Shown piece after piece: positions 1-9,038 of a DNA stretch of 64,000 nt. This DNA comes from Propionibacteriaceae bacterium (GTDB taxonomy: Bacteria > Actinomycetota > Actinomycetes > Propionibacteriales > Propionibacteriaceae): positions 55,713 to 119,712 of the forward strand of contig JAVTWJ010000059.1 in the NCBI GenBank assembly GCA_032229785.1, read 5' to 3'. Position 1 is the stretch's first letter. Each line of letters starts with the position of its first letter. The notes below the pieces were generated by a model. The model was not told where the DNA came from, made no database searches, and saw only the letters and a program-made list of their open reading frames with translations. A program made the translations under genes and the position numbers.

Positions 1-788
1 AGGAGAACGTCGAGGTCCTCGGCGCTGCGTTCTACCTCGGTGACATGGTGATGCTGGCCCCAGCTGTCGAACCATCCGTTCCAGAATTCCGCACACATCA
101 GGGGCCCGGTGGGCTGGTGGCGGCGAAGGGCCTCGAGGCGCTCGGCCGGCCGTGAACCGAAGGTGCCGGTGCGTAGGATCTCGGGGAGACCGCCACGGGC
201 GAGCATCTCGTCATTGGCCTGATCGCAGGTGAACAAGGGGACATCGATCCCCTCGCGGCGCACGAGATCAACCAGACTCCGCAGATACGCCTTGTCCTGG
301 CCGAACGCCCCGTACTCGTTCTCCACCTGGACCATCAGCACGTTGCCGCCGCGGCTGACTTGGCGCGGAGCCACCACCGGTAGGACGGCTCGGTAAAAGG
401 CGGCCACCGCCGCGAGGTAGGCAGGATCGCCCGTCCGCAACCGCAGGTCGGGGTCGGCGGTGAGCCAGTTCGGCAGACCGGCGTTCGTCCACTCCGCGCA
501 GATGTACGGACCGGGGCGCACAATCGCCCACATCCCGGCGTCCGCAATGAGATCCAGGTAGCGCCCCAGGTCGCGCCAGCCGTCGAGGCGAAACTCTCCG
601 GGCCTGCTGGAGTGGAAGTTCCAGGCGACGTAGGTGTCGACCGTGTTCAGTCCGAGCTGCCGCGCCTTCTCGATGCGGTCCGCCCACTGCTCGGGGTGCA
701 CCCGGAAGTAGTGCATCGACCCAGAGATGATCTGGAAGGGCTCGCCGTCGAGCGCGAAGCTCGCTTCCCCTATCTCGAAACGGGACAT
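1..788 (-). CDS. Glycoside hydrolase family 35 beta-galactosidase, N-terminal part (C-terminus lies beyond the left edge)
   Basis: Own translation of the minus strand from ATG at 788: MSRFEIGEASFALDGEPFQIISGSMHYFRVHPEQWADRIEKARQLGLNTVDTYVAWNFH...VRPGPYICAEWTNAGLPNWL...VQVENEYG. These are GH35 hallmark motifs. GAAGGAG Shine-Dalgarno 5 nt upstream. Absent from the ORF track because there is no stop inside the window. Confidence 0.85.
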   Translation of the reverse strand, partial: MSRFEIGEASFALDGEPFQIISGSMHYFRVHPEQWADRIEKARQLGLNTVDTYVAWNFHSSRPGEFRLDGWRDLGRYLDLIADAGMWAIVRPGPYICAEWTNAGLPNWLTADPDLRLRTGDPAYLAAVAAFYRAVLPVVAPRQVSRGGNVLMVQVENEYGAFGQDKAYLRSLVDLVRREGIDVPLFTCDQANDEMLARGGLPEILRTGTFGSRPAERLEALRRHQPTGPLMCAEFWNGWFDSWGQHHHVTEVERSAEDLDVL

Positions 789-811
789 GACACTCCTTCG
801 TGCAACGCGTG

Positions 812-839
812 TGTTGACGTCAACATGGTGACGTCAACA
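812..839. promoter_or_regulatory. Two abutting 14-bp LacI/GalR-type operator palindromes (TGTTGACGTCAACA, then TGGTGACGTCAACA)
   Basis: 812-825 is a perfect 14-bp palindrome. 826-839 is a 13/14 copy. Both lie 24-51 nt upstream of the beta-galactosidase ATG, in the divergent region shared with the LacI-family gene. Confidence 0.6.
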
Positions 840-955
840 TTCTGCACTTCCACGTGCTCCGTCGTCAACCGTCGCAGCAACACGGTCGATCACGGTCAGG
901 TAACGGCTCCCGGGAGCGGGTGTTTGGCGTCGTCACCATGCGCTCCCGCGCGAGG

Positions 956-961
956 TAGCCT
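956..961 (+). promoter_or_regulatory. Putative -10 box TAGCCT, 6 nt before ATG 968 (leaderless start of the LacI-family gene)
   Basis: TANNNT hexamer at leaderless spacing with no Shine-Dalgarno. Same pattern recurs across the window. Confidence 0.4.
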
Positions 962-967
962 GGACTC

Positions 968-2002
968 ATGGCCCACACGACTCACCGCAACCGGAAGACG
1001 AACGGGCCGTCCATCGAGGACGTCGCCCGCCTCGCCGGCGTGTCCGGCCAGACGGTCTCCCGGGTGTCCAACGGTGCGAGCAACGTGAAGCCTGAGACGC
1101 GGGATCGGGTCGTCGAGGCGATGAGCCAACTCGGTTACTCGCCCAACCACGCCGCTCGGGCGTTGCGCAACGGGTCCTTTCGCACGATCGGTCTGATGGC
1201 GCACCGGTTCGAACGGACGGGGGAGGCATTGATCACCGAAGCCGTCATCGAGGCGTCGCAGGAGCGCGAGTACGCGGTCACGATCGTGAGCGTCCAGAAT
1301 CCAGGCACCGATGGCTGGGCAAGCGCGGCCAGTCGCCTCACGCATCAGGCCATCGACGGACTCGTGATCATCAGGGCCGAACTCGATGCCTCTGACGCCC
1401 TCGCGCTCCCACCGGGTTTGCCGGTGGCCGTGTCTGACTCGCGGCTTCTCGGCTATTACCCGGCCGTCGGAGGCGACCAGGTTCAAGGCAGCATCCTGGC
1501 CACGCGCCACTTGTTGGGGCTGGGTCACTCCACTGTTCACCACCTGGCCGGACCGGTGGACTCCGACCCCGCCAATGTGCGGCTGGCTGCGTGGCAGCGG
1601 GCACTCCAGGACGCAGGCGTCCCGATCCCGGCGCCCTGGCGGGGAGACTGGACGGCCGGATCCGGGTATCAGATCGGACTCCAGATCGCCGCCGACCCTG
1701 ACGTCACCGCGCTCTACTGCGCCAACGACGAGATGGCCGCCGGGGTGATGAGGGCGATGCATGAGCAGGGCAGGGAGGTTCCCCGAGATCTGTCCATCGT
1801 GGGCTTCGACGGGATCGCCCTCGGGGAATACCTGTGGCCGCCGCTCACGACGGTGAGGCAGGACTTCAGCAGGATCGGGCATGAACTCGTGCGGCTCGTC
1901 GTCGACCAGATCGGCGGCACCCTCGGCCCCACGCCGGAACGGATTCTGGTCCCGGTCGAACTGATCCAGCGCAGCACGACCTCGCCTCCGCCCAAGCGCT
2001 GA
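968..2002 (+). CDS. LacI/GalR family transcriptional regulator
   Basis: ORF track 344 aa. N-terminal HTH SIEDVARLAGVSGQTVSRVSNG...ETRDRVVEAMSQLGYSPNHAARALR, then a sugar-binding-type C-terminal domain. Divergent from the GH35 gene. Confidence 0.9.
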   Translation: MAHTTHRNRKTNGPSIEDVARLAGVSGQTVSRVSNGASNVKPETRDRVVEAMSQLGYSPNHAARALRNGSFRTIGLMAHRFERTGEALITEAVIEASQEREYAVTIVSVQNPGTDGWASAASRLTHQAIDGLVIIRAELDASDALALPPGLPVAVSDSRLLGYYPAVGGDQVQGSILATRHLLGLGHSTVHHLAGPVDSDPANVRLAAWQRALQDAGVPIPAPWRGDWTAGSGYQIGLQIAADPDVTALYCANDEMAAGVMRAMHEQGREVPRDLSIVGFDGIALGEYLWPPLTTVRQDFSRIGHELVRLVVDQIGGTLGPTPERILVPVELIQRSTTSPPPKR

Positions 2003-2059
2003 CCCGAGTCGTGGCTGACGACCGTCGCGGACGCCGCGGGGCGCCAGGGCCCCGTCGGC

Positions 2060-2106
2060 GATCCAGGTCAGTCCGCAGCAGGCCTTGCGCTCGAGCAGGC
2101 TCGGCG
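2060..2106. repeat. 47-bp direct-repeat copy (45/47 identical) of an internal segment of the adjacent oxidase gene (2671..2717)
   Basis: gatccaggtcagTccgcagcaggccttgcgctcgagcagGctcggcg versus 2671-2717, which has C at both capitalised positions. Sits 3 nt beyond the oxidase stop codon. Confidence 0.85.
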
Positions 2107-2109
2107 GCG

Positions 2110-4941
2110 TCAGCTGTGCGCGACGATGAGCTCGGCGAACGTCAAAGAGGGACACCGGCGCAGGTCGGTGAGCTGGGTGCGGCACGAGAAGCCGTCGGCC
2201 AGCACGATCACGTCGTCAGCCGCGGCGTCCAGCGCCGGCTCGAGGTGCGTGGCGAACACCGATCGCGAAAAGTCGTAGTGACCCTCGATCATGCCGTGGT
2301 TGCCGGCCAGACCACAGCAGCCCGCGACCTTCGTCACCGTCGCCCCCGAGGCGGCCAGCAGCCGCCCCTCGGCGGCCCACCCCATGACGGACGCCTCGTG
2401 GCAGTGCGGCTGCGCGAGGATCGTGTGCCCCGACAGGTCGGGCATGACGAAGGCGGGGTCGTCGGCGAGGAACTCGGCCAGGGTCACCACGTGGTCGGCG
2501 ACCGTCCGCACGCGCGGGTCGTCGTGGAGCAGGGCGAGGGCGTCCGAGCGCCACACGGCGATACAGCTCGGCTCGGTGCCGACGATCGTGACACCCCGCT
2601 CGGCGAAGGGGTGCAGCACCTCGGTGGCGTTGCGCAACTCCTGGACCGCGCCGTCGAGTTGGCCGGTGGTGATCCAGGTCAGCCCGCAGCAGGCCTTGCG
2701 CTCGAGCAGCCTCGGCGTCCAACCGTTCGCGATCAGCACCGCCGCCATCGCGGCGACGCCGTCGCCCTCGAAGGCGTCCGAGAACGAGTCGACCCACAGG
2801 ACGACCTCGCCCTTCGCGGCGATCGCGTCGGTGCGTCCCGACGCGCCCGGGGCGAGACCGCCCCGGGCCAGCTCACGCCGCAGCGCCGACTGGGTGGACC
2901 GCAGCGCTAACCGGGGCATGCCCCGGCGGGCGTCGATCCCGGCGACCTTCTTCACGACGGCCGAGACGCCCGGGGTCTGCATGAACAGGTTCATCAGCGG
3001 TGGCAGCAGCCGGGTGCGGGACACCAGCCGGCCCCACCTCGGCAGCCAGCCCATGGTGTAGTGATCGCGCGGACGCAGGCGGCCCTTGAACGCCTCGTGC
3101 AGCACCGTCGACTTGTAGGCGGCCATGTCGACGCCGGCCGGGCAGTCGCGCGAGCAACCCTTGCAGGACAGGCACAGGTCGAGCGCCTCGTGGACCTCGG
3201 GTGAGCGCCACCCGTCGGTGATCAGCGTGCCGTTGATCATCTCCTGCAGCACGCGGGCACGGCCGCGGGTGGCGTCCTTCTCGTCGCGCGTCGCCTGCCA
3301 GCTCGGGCACATCACGTCGGCGCCGACGCTGGCCACGCACCGGCCCACGCCGGTGCAGCGGTGCACGTCGTCGACGAAGCGCCGGTGGCTGGCGAACAGC
3401 GGTGACCGCCGGACGGCGGGCGCGCGCAGGTCGGTGTCCACCGAGGCGGGATCGACCAGGACGCCCGGGTTGAGCAGGTTCTCGGGATCGAAGATGCGCT
3501 TGACCTGCGCGAACAGGGCGAGCGCCTCGGGGGAGTACATGCGCGGCAGCAGCGCCGAACGCGCGCGCCCGTCGCCGTGTTCGCCCGACATCGAGCCGCC
3601 GTAGGACGCCGCCAGATCGGCGGCCTCCTCGACGAACGCCCGATAGGACGCCGCGCCGCCCGGCTCCTGGGTGAGCGGGAAGTCGATGCGGCAGTGCACG
3701 CAGCCTTCGCCGAAGTGCCCGTACGGGAGCCCGCGCAGCCCGTGCGCGGCGAGCAACGACTCGAAGGCGCGCAGGTAGGCGCCGAGCCGGTCGGGCGGCA
3801 CGGCGGCGTCCTCCCAGCCGCCGTAGGCCGGCCTGTCGAGGCTCACGCCGGCCAGGCCGGCGCCGTCGGAGCGGATCTTCCACAGGGACGCGGTGATCTG
3901 CGGGTCGGTCACGATCCGGCCCTCCAGGCAGCCGGACGCGGCGACGAGCGCCATCGCGCGCTCGTGCAGGACGCCCGGGTCGGAATCGACCAGCTCGACG
4001 AACGCCCAGCCCCCGCCGGCGGGCAGGTCGGGCACCGCGGAGTCGCCGAGAGCGCGGCGCACCACGTCGACGATGCCCGAGCCCAGGCCCTCGGCGGCGG
4101 TGGGGGAGAACGGCAGGATCGCGGGCATGGCGTCCGCGGCGTCCGCCATCGTCGGATAGCCCAGGGCGATCATGGTCTGGTGCGGCGCGTCGGCCACCAG
4201 CCGGACGGTCGCCCGCGTGATCACGGCCAGGGTCCCCTCGCTGCCGGCGAGGAACTTGGCGACGTCGAAGCCCCTCTCGGGCAGCAGCCACTCCAGGGAG
4301 TACCCGGACACCTGCCGGCTGAACGTGCCGAACTGGGTGCGGATCACGCCCAGGTTCGCGGCGACGAGGTCGTGCAACGCCCGCAGGGTGGGCGAATCGG
4401 ACGCCGTGAGGTCGGCCCGGGAATCGAGGCTGAGCCGCTCGCCGGTGCCGGTGATCACGTCGAGCGCCACGAGGTTGTCGGAGGATCGTCCGTAGCCGAG
4501 TGCGCGAGGTCCGCAGGCGTTGTTGCCGATCATGCCGCCGATGGTGCACCGGTTGGCCGTCGAGGGGTCGGGGCCGTAGCGCAGCCCCAGTTTCCGCGCC
4601 GCGCGGGACAGTACGTCCTGCACCACACCGGGATCGACCACGGCGGTGCGTGCGTTGGCGTCGATCTCATGGAGGGTGTTCAGGTGACGGGCCACGTCGA
4701 CGACCAGCCCCGGTCCGACGGCGTTGCCGGCGCAGGACGTGCCGGCGCCGCGGAGGGTGAGCGGCAGTCCGGCGGCGCGGGCGGCGTCCGCGAGGTCGCC
4801 GAGTTCGGCCACCGTCGCGGGATGGGCGACCGCCTGCGGGATCACGCGGTACAGCGAGGCGTCCGTCGAGTACAGCGCGCGCGTCAAGGTCGAGGAGTCG
4901 GCACCCGTCAGCGCCGGCGCCACGGACCTGGGCGCGGCCAT
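2110..4941 (-). CDS. FAD-binding and Fe-S-binding oxidoreductase (GlcD+GlcF / YdiJ-like fusion architecture)
   Basis: ORF track 943 aa. FAD-binding PCMH-type N-terminus (LTLRGAGTSCAGNAVG). Cys clusters CTGVGRC and CLSCKGCSRDCP. Two CCG motifs (KACCGLTW, VAGCCGLAGNHG). Confidence 0.85.
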   Translation of the reverse strand: MAAPRSVAPALTGADSSTLTRALYSTDASLYRVIPQAVAHPATVAELGDLADAARAAGLPLTLRGAGTSCAGNAVGPGLVVDVARHLNTLHEIDANARTAVVDPGVVQDVLSRAARKLGLRYGPDPSTANRCTIGGMIGNNACGPRALGYGRSSDNLVALDVITGTGERLSLDSRADLTASDSPTLRALHDLVAANLGVIRTQFGTFSRQVSGYSLEWLLPERGFDVAKFLAGSEGTLAVITRATVRLVADAPHQTMIALGYPTMADAADAMPAILPFSPTAAEGLGSGIVDVVRRALGDSAVPDLPAGGGWAFVELVDSDPGVLHERAMALVAASGCLEGRIVTDPQITASLWKIRSDGAGLAGVSLDRPAYGGWEDAAVPPDRLGAYLRAFESLLAAHGLRGLPYGHFGEGCVHCRIDFPLTQEPGGAASYRAFVEEAADLAASYGGSMSGEHGDGRARSALLPRMYSPEALALFAQVKRIFDPENLLNPGVLVDPASVDTDLRAPAVRRSPLFASHRRFVDDVHRCTGVGRCVASVGADVMCPSWQATRDEKDATRGRARVLQEMINGTLITDGWRSPEVHEALDLCLSCKGCSRDCPAGVDMAAYKSTVLHEAFKGRLRPRDHYTMGWLPRWGRLVSRTRLLPPLMNLFMQTPGVSAVVKKVAGIDARRGMPRLALRSTQSALRRELARGGLAPGASGRTDAIAAKGEVVLWVDSFSDAFEGDGVAAMAAVLIANGWTPRLLERKACCGLTWITTGQLDGAVQELRNATEVLHPFAERGVTIVGTEPSCIAVWRSDALALLHDDPRVRTVADHVVTLAEFLADDPAFVMPDLSGHTILAQPHCHEASVMGWAAEGRLLAASGATVTKVAGCCGLAGNHGMIEGHYDFSRSVFATHLEPALDAAADDVIVLADGFSCRTQLTDLRRCPSLTFAELIVAHS

Positions 4942-4944
4942 GAG

Positions 4945-5403
4945 TTAGTCCGCCGGGTGGTTGACGGCGTCCATGGCGCGTCCGAGAGCCGCGAAATCCT
5001 CGGGGTCGACGGCATCGACGAGGATCTCGCGCACCGAGGCCACATGGTCCGGTGCGGCCTCGTCGAGCAGATCCCAGCCACGGGGCGTGAGGACGGCGAT
5101 GACCCCGCGCCGATCGCCGGGGCAGGGCACCCGCGCCAGGAGGCCCTTCTGCTCCATGCGGGCCACGGTGTGGGTCAGTCGGGAGCGTGACTGCCGCGAG
5201 GCGTCCGCGAGATCGCTCATGCGCATGCGGCGTCCGGGGGCTTCGGAGAGGTTGACGAGGATCTCGTATTCGCTCATGCCGAGCCCGAACGGGCGCAGCC
5301 GCTCGTCGAGATAGACGTCGATGCGGGCCGTTGCGCAGAGGTAGGCGCGCCACACTCGCTGCTGCTCCGCGGAGAGCCAGCGCGGGGGGGCGGACGTGTG
5401 CAT
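4945..5403 (-). CDS. MarR family transcriptional regulator
   Basis: ORF track 152 aa. Winged-helix core MSDLADASRQSRSRLTHTVARMEQKGLLARVPCPGDRRGVIAVLTPRG. Stop lies 3 nt before the oxidase ATG, so they probably form an operon. Confidence 0.88.
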   Translation of the reverse strand: MHTSAPPRWLSAEQQRVWRAYLCATARIDVYLDERLRPFGLGMSEYEILVNLSEAPGRRMRMSDLADASRQSRSRLTHTVARMEQKGLLARVPCPGDRRGVIAVLTPRGWDLLDEAAPDHVASVREILVDAVDPEDFAALGRAMDAVNHPAD

Positions 5404-5409
5404 GGGTCG

Positions 5410-5429
5410 ACTCTAGCCCGCGCGGCTAG
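5410..5429 (-). promoter_or_regulatory. Putative leaderless -10 box (TAGAGT, 6 nt before ATG 5403) overlapping inverted repeat CTAGCC-N5-GGCTAG (candidate MarR operator)
   Basis: Minus strand reads TAGAGTcgacccATG. 6-bp inverted arms at 5413-5418 and 5424-5429 overlap the -10. Confidence 0.4.
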
Positions 5430-5509
5430 CGAGCATGGCCGTTTTCAACCTCTAAGCTGGCCCAACGCCGGCTCGAGCACGGGCCCGCGTCCGAGGGGAA
5501 GGACCAACG

Positions 5510-7324
5510 ATGACCGGCATCCAGACGCTGCTCGACAACCGGCCACCGACCGTGGGTGCCATGTTCAACCTACGCGTCGACAAGACGCCCGACCAAGAAG
5601 CATTCCGCTACCCCGACGAGAACGAGAATTGGGTCAGCCTGACCTGGGCGCAGGCCCGGGCCGAGGTGTGGGAGATCGGTGCCGGCCTGTTGTCGCTGGG
5701 GCTGCAACCCGAAGAGCGGGTCGCGATCGCCTCCACCACGCGTATCGAATGGGTGTTGATCGATCTGGCGATCAACTGCGCCGGAGGCGCGACCACGACC
5801 GTCTATCCGAACACGACCGGGCCCGAGTTCGCCCACATCGTCACGCATTCCGATTCGCATTACTTCGTGGCCGAGAACCTGGAGCAGGTGAAGAAGCTGC
5901 GCGAGTTCGTGCCCGAGGGGCAGATCCGCACGATCATCCTGCTCGACGGCCAGGCGGAGGGCGCAGTGAGCGTCGCCGGGCTGCGGGAGCGCGGGCGCAC
6001 CTTGCTCGCCGAGAACCCGGCCGCGATGGACGACGCGGTCGCCGCGACCGGCTCGGACACCTTGGCGACCCTGATCTACACCTCCGGTACGACCGGCCTG
6101 CCCAAGGGCGTCGAGCTGACGCACGGCAACTGGACCTACGAGGGGGTGGGCGTCGACTCGATCAACATCATCGGGGCCGACTCCCTGCAGTACTTCTGGC
6201 TTCCGCTGTCGCACGTCTTCGGCAAGGCCGTGTCGATGATCCAGCTGCAGATCGGCTTCGCGTCGGTCATCGACGGGCGCCTCGACCGGATCGTGCCGGG
6301 CCTCGGCGCCACCCAGCCGGAGTTCATGTGCGGCGCGCCCCGCATCTTCGAGAAGGTGCGCAACGCCGTCAAGGCGAATTCGGCCCGCGGGATCACCTTC
6401 AAGATCGCCCGCTGGGCGTTCGCCGTCGGCCGCGAGTCGAACCCCTATCGCCTGGCGGGCAGGCCGATGCCGACGCTGCTGGCGCTGCAGTACGCCATCG
6501 CGAACAAGCTCGTCTTCTCGAAGCTGCAGGACAAGATGGGCGGAAACATCCAGTTCATGGTGTCCGGCTCGGCCAAGCTGAGCCCGCAGGTGCAGGAGTG
6601 GTTCTACTCGGCCGGCATCGTGATCGTGGAGGGCTACGGCGCCACCGAGACCTCCGCGGTGGCCACCGTCAACCCGCCGGCGACGCCGCGCTTCGGCACG
6701 GTCGGTCCGGCATTGCCGGGCACCGAGATCCGGATCGCGGAGGACGGCGAGGTGCTGATCAAGGGCCCGGGCATCATGCGCGGTTACCACAAGGATCCCG
6801 AGCAGACCGCCGAGGTGCTGGTCGACGGCTGGTTCCACACCGGCGACATCGGCGAACTGGACGCCGACGGGTACCTGCGGATCACCGACCGCAAGAAGGA
6901 TCTGATGAAGACCTCGGGCGGCAAGTACGTGGCTCCGCAGAAGGTCGAGGGCACCCTGGCGGCCAACATCCCCTACGTGTCCCAGGTGATCGCGGTCGGC
7001 GACGGACGCCACTACATCTCGGCGCTCGTCACCCTCGATCCGGCCGCCGTCGAGAACTGGGCCAAACGGCACGGCAAGGAGGATCTCAGCTACGCGGAGC
7101 TGACCCGGCTCCCCGAGATGCGTGCGTCGCTCGACCGGTTCCTTGCGCGCGCGAACGCGAAGCTGGAGCGCTGGGAGACGGTGAAGCGCTACGCCGTCCT
7201 GGATCACGAGCTCACGGTGGAGGACGGCGGTCTCACCGCCAACATGAAGCTGCGCCGCAGCGTGGTCACCCAGCGGTACGCCGACGTGGTCGCGACGCTG
7301 TACGACGACGAGGGCGATGACTGA
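5510..7324 (+). CDS. Long-chain fatty-acid--CoA ligase (AMP-forming, FadD15-like)
   Basis: ORF track 604 aa. AMP-binding signatures LIYTSGTTGLPKGVELTHGN and GWFHTGDIGELDADGYLRITDRKKDLMKTSGGKYVAPQ. GGGGAAGGA Shine-Dalgarno upstream. Confidence 0.9.
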   Translation: MTGIQTLLDNRPPTVGAMFNLRVDKTPDQEAFRYPDENENWVSLTWAQARAEVWEIGAGLLSLGLQPEERVAIASTTRIEWVLIDLAINCAGGATTTVYPNTTGPEFAHIVTHSDSHYFVAENLEQVKKLREFVPEGQIRTIILLDGQAEGAVSVAGLRERGRTLLAENPAAMDDAVAATGSDTLATLIYTSGTTGLPKGVELTHGNWTYEGVGVDSINIIGADSLQYFWLPLSHVFGKAVSMIQLQIGFASVIDGRLDRIVPGLGATQPEFMCGAPRIFEKVRNAVKANSARGITFKIARWAFAVGRESNPYRLAGRPMPTLLALQYAIANKLVFSKLQDKMGGNIQFMVSGSAKLSPQVQEWFYSAGIVIVEGYGATETSAVATVNPPATPRFGTVGPALPGTEIRIAEDGEVLIKGPGIMRGYHKDPEQTAEVLVDGWFHTGDIGELDADGYLRITDRKKDLMKTSGGKYVAPQKVEGTLAANIPYVSQVIAVGDGRHYISALVTLDPAAVENWAKRHGKEDLSYAELTRLPEMRASLDRFLARANAKLERWETVKRYAVLDHELTVEDGGLTANMKLRRSVVTQRYADVVATLYDDEGDD

Positions 7325-8177
7325 CATCCACCAGGTGCGGGTTCCTGTGCGTTGGGTCGATCTCGACGCCCAGGACAGCCTGCCGCAGCGGTGGGCCAAC
7401 GACGCGGTCATCCTCGACTACCTGCAGGAGGCGCGCGTCGACTTCCTGCTCCGCGGGCCGAACGCGCACCTGCTCGGTGGCGGCGTCATCGTGGTCGAGC
7501 ATCAGGTCGAATACCTGGCCCCGATCCGCTCCGGAACCGAGCACGTCGACGTCGAGCTGAGCGTGGCGGACGTCGGCGCGGCCCGGTTCACGGTCGGTTA
7601 CGGCGTCCGCGCCGGCGGGCAGCGGGTCGCCCACGCCCGCACCCTGCTGTGCAACTACGACTTCGCCGCCCAGCGCCCCGCGCGGTGGGCGGACGCCGAA
7701 CGGGCCTGGTTCGCGCAGCTGGCGGCGCCCCTGGAGCCGCTGCGCGACGTCGGCGGGTTCGAGGTGGGGGAGCGGTACCACCGGCACTCGTTCGTGGTGC
7801 GCTGGTCCGACATCGACGCTTACGGGCACGCCAACAACACGCGCTTCTACGACTATGTCGCCGAGGCGCGCGTCAGAGCGCTCGGCCCGCCTTCGCGCGG
7901 CAGCGCCTGGCTGGTCGTCCGGCAGGACATGCGCTACGTCGGCCAGATCGAGCACCGGCTCGAACCGTACGAGGTGCACACCGCCATCGCCGCGCTGGGG
8001 CGCACCTCCGTGACCCTGGCCGTGCGCCTCGTCGACCCGGCCACCGGACGCCTGCTGGCGCACGCGACCAGCGTCCTGGTGCATGCGGACGCCGCGGGAC
8101 GCCCGAAGGCGCTCCCCGATGCCGTCCGCGAGACGTACCGGCGCTGGCCGGCGGAGCCGAAGAACGGAGCCCGATGA
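7317..8177 (+). CDS. Acyl-CoA thioesterase, tandem hotdog (4HBT/YbgC-like) domains
   Basis: ORF track 286 aa. Two repeated halves (VRWVDLDAQDS... and VVRWSDIDAYGHANNTRFYDY...). ATG overlaps the fadD stop by 8 nt. Confidence 0.7.
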   Translation: MTDIHQVRVPVRWVDLDAQDSLPQRWANDAVILDYLQEARVDFLLRGPNAHLLGGGVIVVEHQVEYLAPIRSGTEHVDVELSVADVGAARFTVGYGVRAGGQRVAHARTLLCNYDFAAQRPARWADAERAWFAQLAAPLEPLRDVGGFEVGERYHRHSFVVRWSDIDAYGHANNTRFYDYVAEARVRALGPPSRGSAWLVVRQDMRYVGQIEHRLEPYEVHTAIAALGRTSVTLAVRLVDPATGRLLAHATSVLVHADAAGRPKALPDAVRETYRRWPAEPKNGAR

Positions 8178-9001
8178 CCCTCCGCCGCTGTGCCGTGCTG
8201 GGTCGGCCGATCGCGCACTCGCTGAGTCCCGCGATCCACACGCGCGCCTACGAGGTGCTCGGCATCGCCGGCGAGTGGCGGTACGGCCGCCACGACGTGG
8301 GCGAGGAAGATCTCGCTGCCTTCGTCGCGTCCTGCGGACCCGAGTGGGTGGGCCTGTCGTGCACCGCCCCGCTCAAGGAGGTGCTGCTCACCCTCGGCGA
8401 GCCTTCCGAGCGCGCCCGCATGCTCAACTCGGGCAACACCTTTCTGTTCGATCACGGCGGCACCGGGCGCGTGGAGAACACCGACGTGACGGGCCTGCTC
8501 GGCGCGCTGCATCGCGCGGGGGTCACGGGCGCCGCGACGGCGATCATGATCGGCAACGGGGCGACGGCGCGGTCCTCGCTGTACGCCCTGGCCGAACTGG
8601 GCGTACGGGACGTGCTCGTCCTGGCGCGGTCGCCGGAACGCGCACACGCCAGCCTCGGGTCGCTCGCCGAGGCGCTGGGCGTCCGGTACGAGGTCGGGGC
8701 GTTCGGCGAGGTGCCGGACGTCGACGCGGTGGACGTCCTGGTCTCGACGGTGTCGACGCCGCAGGAGCCGGAGGTGGCCGCGGGTCTCGTCGCGTTGACG
8801 GACGTGTGTTTCGAGGCGACGTACAACCACTACCCCACCCGCCTCGACCTGGCGGCGCGCCAAGCGGGGATCGTCCAGCTGTCGGGGGTCGATCTGCTGG
8901 TCGGGCAGGCGCTCGACCAGATCCGGCTGATGACCGGGCGTTCGTGTGAGCCCGGGCCGCTGCTGGACGTCTGCTACGCGGCGTTGGAGGGGCGCACCTG
9001 A
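8174..9001 (+). CDS. aroE: Shikimate dehydrogenase family protein (AroE-like)
   Basis: Internal ATG at 8174 in ORF 7352..9001 (ATGA overlap with the thioesterase stop). Motifs HSLSPAIHTRAY, SCTAPLKE, ENTDVTGL, IGNGATARS. Confidence 0.75.
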   Translation: MTLRRCAVLGRPIAHSLSPAIHTRAYEVLGIAGEWRYGRHDVGEEDLAAFVASCGPEWVGLSCTAPLKEVLLTLGEPSERARMLNSGNTFLFDHGGTGRVENTDVTGLLGALHRAGVTGAATAIMIGNGATARSSLYALAELGVRDVLVLARSPERAHASLGSLAEALGVRYEVGAFGEVPDVDAVDVLVSTVSTPQEPEVAAGLVALTDVCFEATYNHYPTRLDLAARQAGIVQLSGVDLLVGQALDQIRLMTGRSCEPGPLLDVCYAALEGRT

Positions 9002-9038
9002 CACCCGGCGCTCCAGGCGTGCGGCGGAACCGCGCGGG

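Noticed and set aside
2011-4549. ORFs 2011..2910 (plus), 2291..3061 (plus) and 2873..4549 (minus, 558 aa) within the oxidase gene
   Set aside because: They are alternate frames of the 943-aa FAD/Fe-S oxidase gene and give Arg/Pro/Gly-rich products without motifs.
5398-7411. Two ORFs of 600+ aa (5398..7320 plus strand, 5570..7411 minus strand) overlapping fadD
   Set aside because: They are alternate-frame and antisense readings of the fadD gene. Their products are Arg/Pro/Gly-rich nonsense. Only frame 5510..7324 carries AMP-binding motifs.
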